From: Candidatus Bathyarchaeia archaeon
Lineage (GTDB): Archaea > Thermoproteota > Bathyarchaeia > Bathyarchaeales > Bathycorpusculaceae
Length of the DNA: 25,838 nucleotides
Assembly (NCBI GenBank): GCA_049970895.1
Contig: JBMFMB010000018.1
Coordinates: 1 to 25,838 of the forward strand
Direction of reading: 5' to 3'
The translations under genes were made by a program, and so were the position numbers. The notes beneath the pieces were generated by a model. It was given only the letters and a program-made list of their open reading frames with translations. It was not told the origin of the DNA and did no database searches. Shown piece by piece: positions 25,366 through 25,838 of the stretch. Position 1 is the first letter of the stretch; the number at the start of each line of letters is the position of its first letter.

Positions 25366-25506
25366 CGCGCGGAGAAACCTCTTGATAGCCTCACGAATCA
25401 CTTGGCTAAGATTTTTGTATTTGCCTTCCATGACAAACCGCTCAAGTTTTTGCCTTTCCTCTCTGCTTATCCTTAAGGCAACACGTTCTGGATATTCGGG
25501 TATCAT
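25351..25506 (-). CDS. Ribbon-helix-helix (CopG/Arc/MetJ-like) DNA-binding protein (not in ORF track)
   Basis: MIPEYPERVALRISREERQKLERFVMEGKYKNLSQVIREAIKRFLRARKTT* has an alternating beta strand, a helix, the G.Y...S..IREAI turn and a second helix. GAGGTG and AAAAGT-AATATATAAA lie upstream. Confidence 0.85.
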   Translation of the reverse strand: MIPEYPERVALRISREERQKLERFVMEGKYKNLSQVIREAIKRFLRARKTT

Positions 25507-25611
25507 GAGGTTTTCAAACACCTCAATCAGACAACTTTGACAAACATTTATATATTACTTTTGAGTTTAAAAAAGTAAGCTAGATTACTTTAAAAAAGAG
25601 GGAAAAGTAAG

Positions 25612-25838
25612 TTGCTGGGAATATTTGAAGGGAAAAAAGCGGAAAACAACAAGCTAATCCTCAAAAGCCTTGTTTTTGGGCCTAAAACCACAAACCAAAT
25701 AGCAGAATACATTTATTTAAATCAGAAACCTCAAATAAAAACGAAACGAACCATTAAAAAAGAGATTAGGAAAATAGTAAGCATTATCGCAAGAAAAGGA
25801 AGCAGGCTTGAGGAGTTAGAGGCTAAGCAATACATTAA
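25612..25838 (+). CDS. Partial winged-helix-like protein, runs off the window edge
   Basis: Open from TTG 25612: (M)LGIFEGKKAENNKLILKSLVFGPKTTNQIAEYIY...RLEELEAKQYI. The IL..L..GPKT..QIA...L.EL....YI pattern is wHTH-like. Confidence 0.6.
   Translation, partial: MLGIFEGKKAENNKLILKSLVFGPKTTNQIAEYIYLNQKPQIKTKRTIKKEIRKIVSIIARKGSRLEELEAKQYI

Noticed and set aside
1-25838. tRNA, rRNA, SRP or RNase P RNA, transposase or integrase genes
   Set aside because: No cloverleaf or T-loop signature, conserved RNA motif or recombinase motif was recognised by eye. tRNAscan-SE and Infernal runs would be needed to exclude them.

Overview
Archaeal chromosomal window. The gene set and style suggest Bathyarchaeia (TACK), but this is inference: membrane-anchored Lon, Hjc-like nuclease, rpl35ae, HTH_45-type regulator, and NosD/beta-helix surface proteins with GNYWSDY...GD.PY motifs. 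Positions ~0.7-19.4 kb hold mostly intact housekeeping and metabolic genes: YjbQ, GNAT, Lon, Hjc-like nuclease, L35Ae, HemL-like aminotransferase, MobA, a wHTH + MinD/ParA pair, aKMT-like methyltransferase, stand-alone LigD phosphoesterase, DUF355, TrmO/TsaA, Thr dehydrogenase-Kbl-COG0212, a two-subunit WOR5-like tungsten oxidoreductase, and DedA/VTT. From ~19.5 kb the region is a mosaic: a decayed ICMT-family gene fused to a high-GC foreign fragment, two beta-helix surface proteins, and a truncated membrane gene that collides with a divergent RHH/wHTH regulator pair. Several elements are missing from the ORF track: broken DUF134 and DUF5320-like genes, a CxxC-CxxC microprotein, an RHH protein, a 19-bp perfect inverted repeat in an 880-bp gene-free region, and an orphan 30-36-30 repeat-spacer-repeat. 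No tRNA, rRNA, cas, transposase or integrase gene was recognised. The best candidate for an undescribed system is the wHTH-ParA/MinD pair and its small neighbours.
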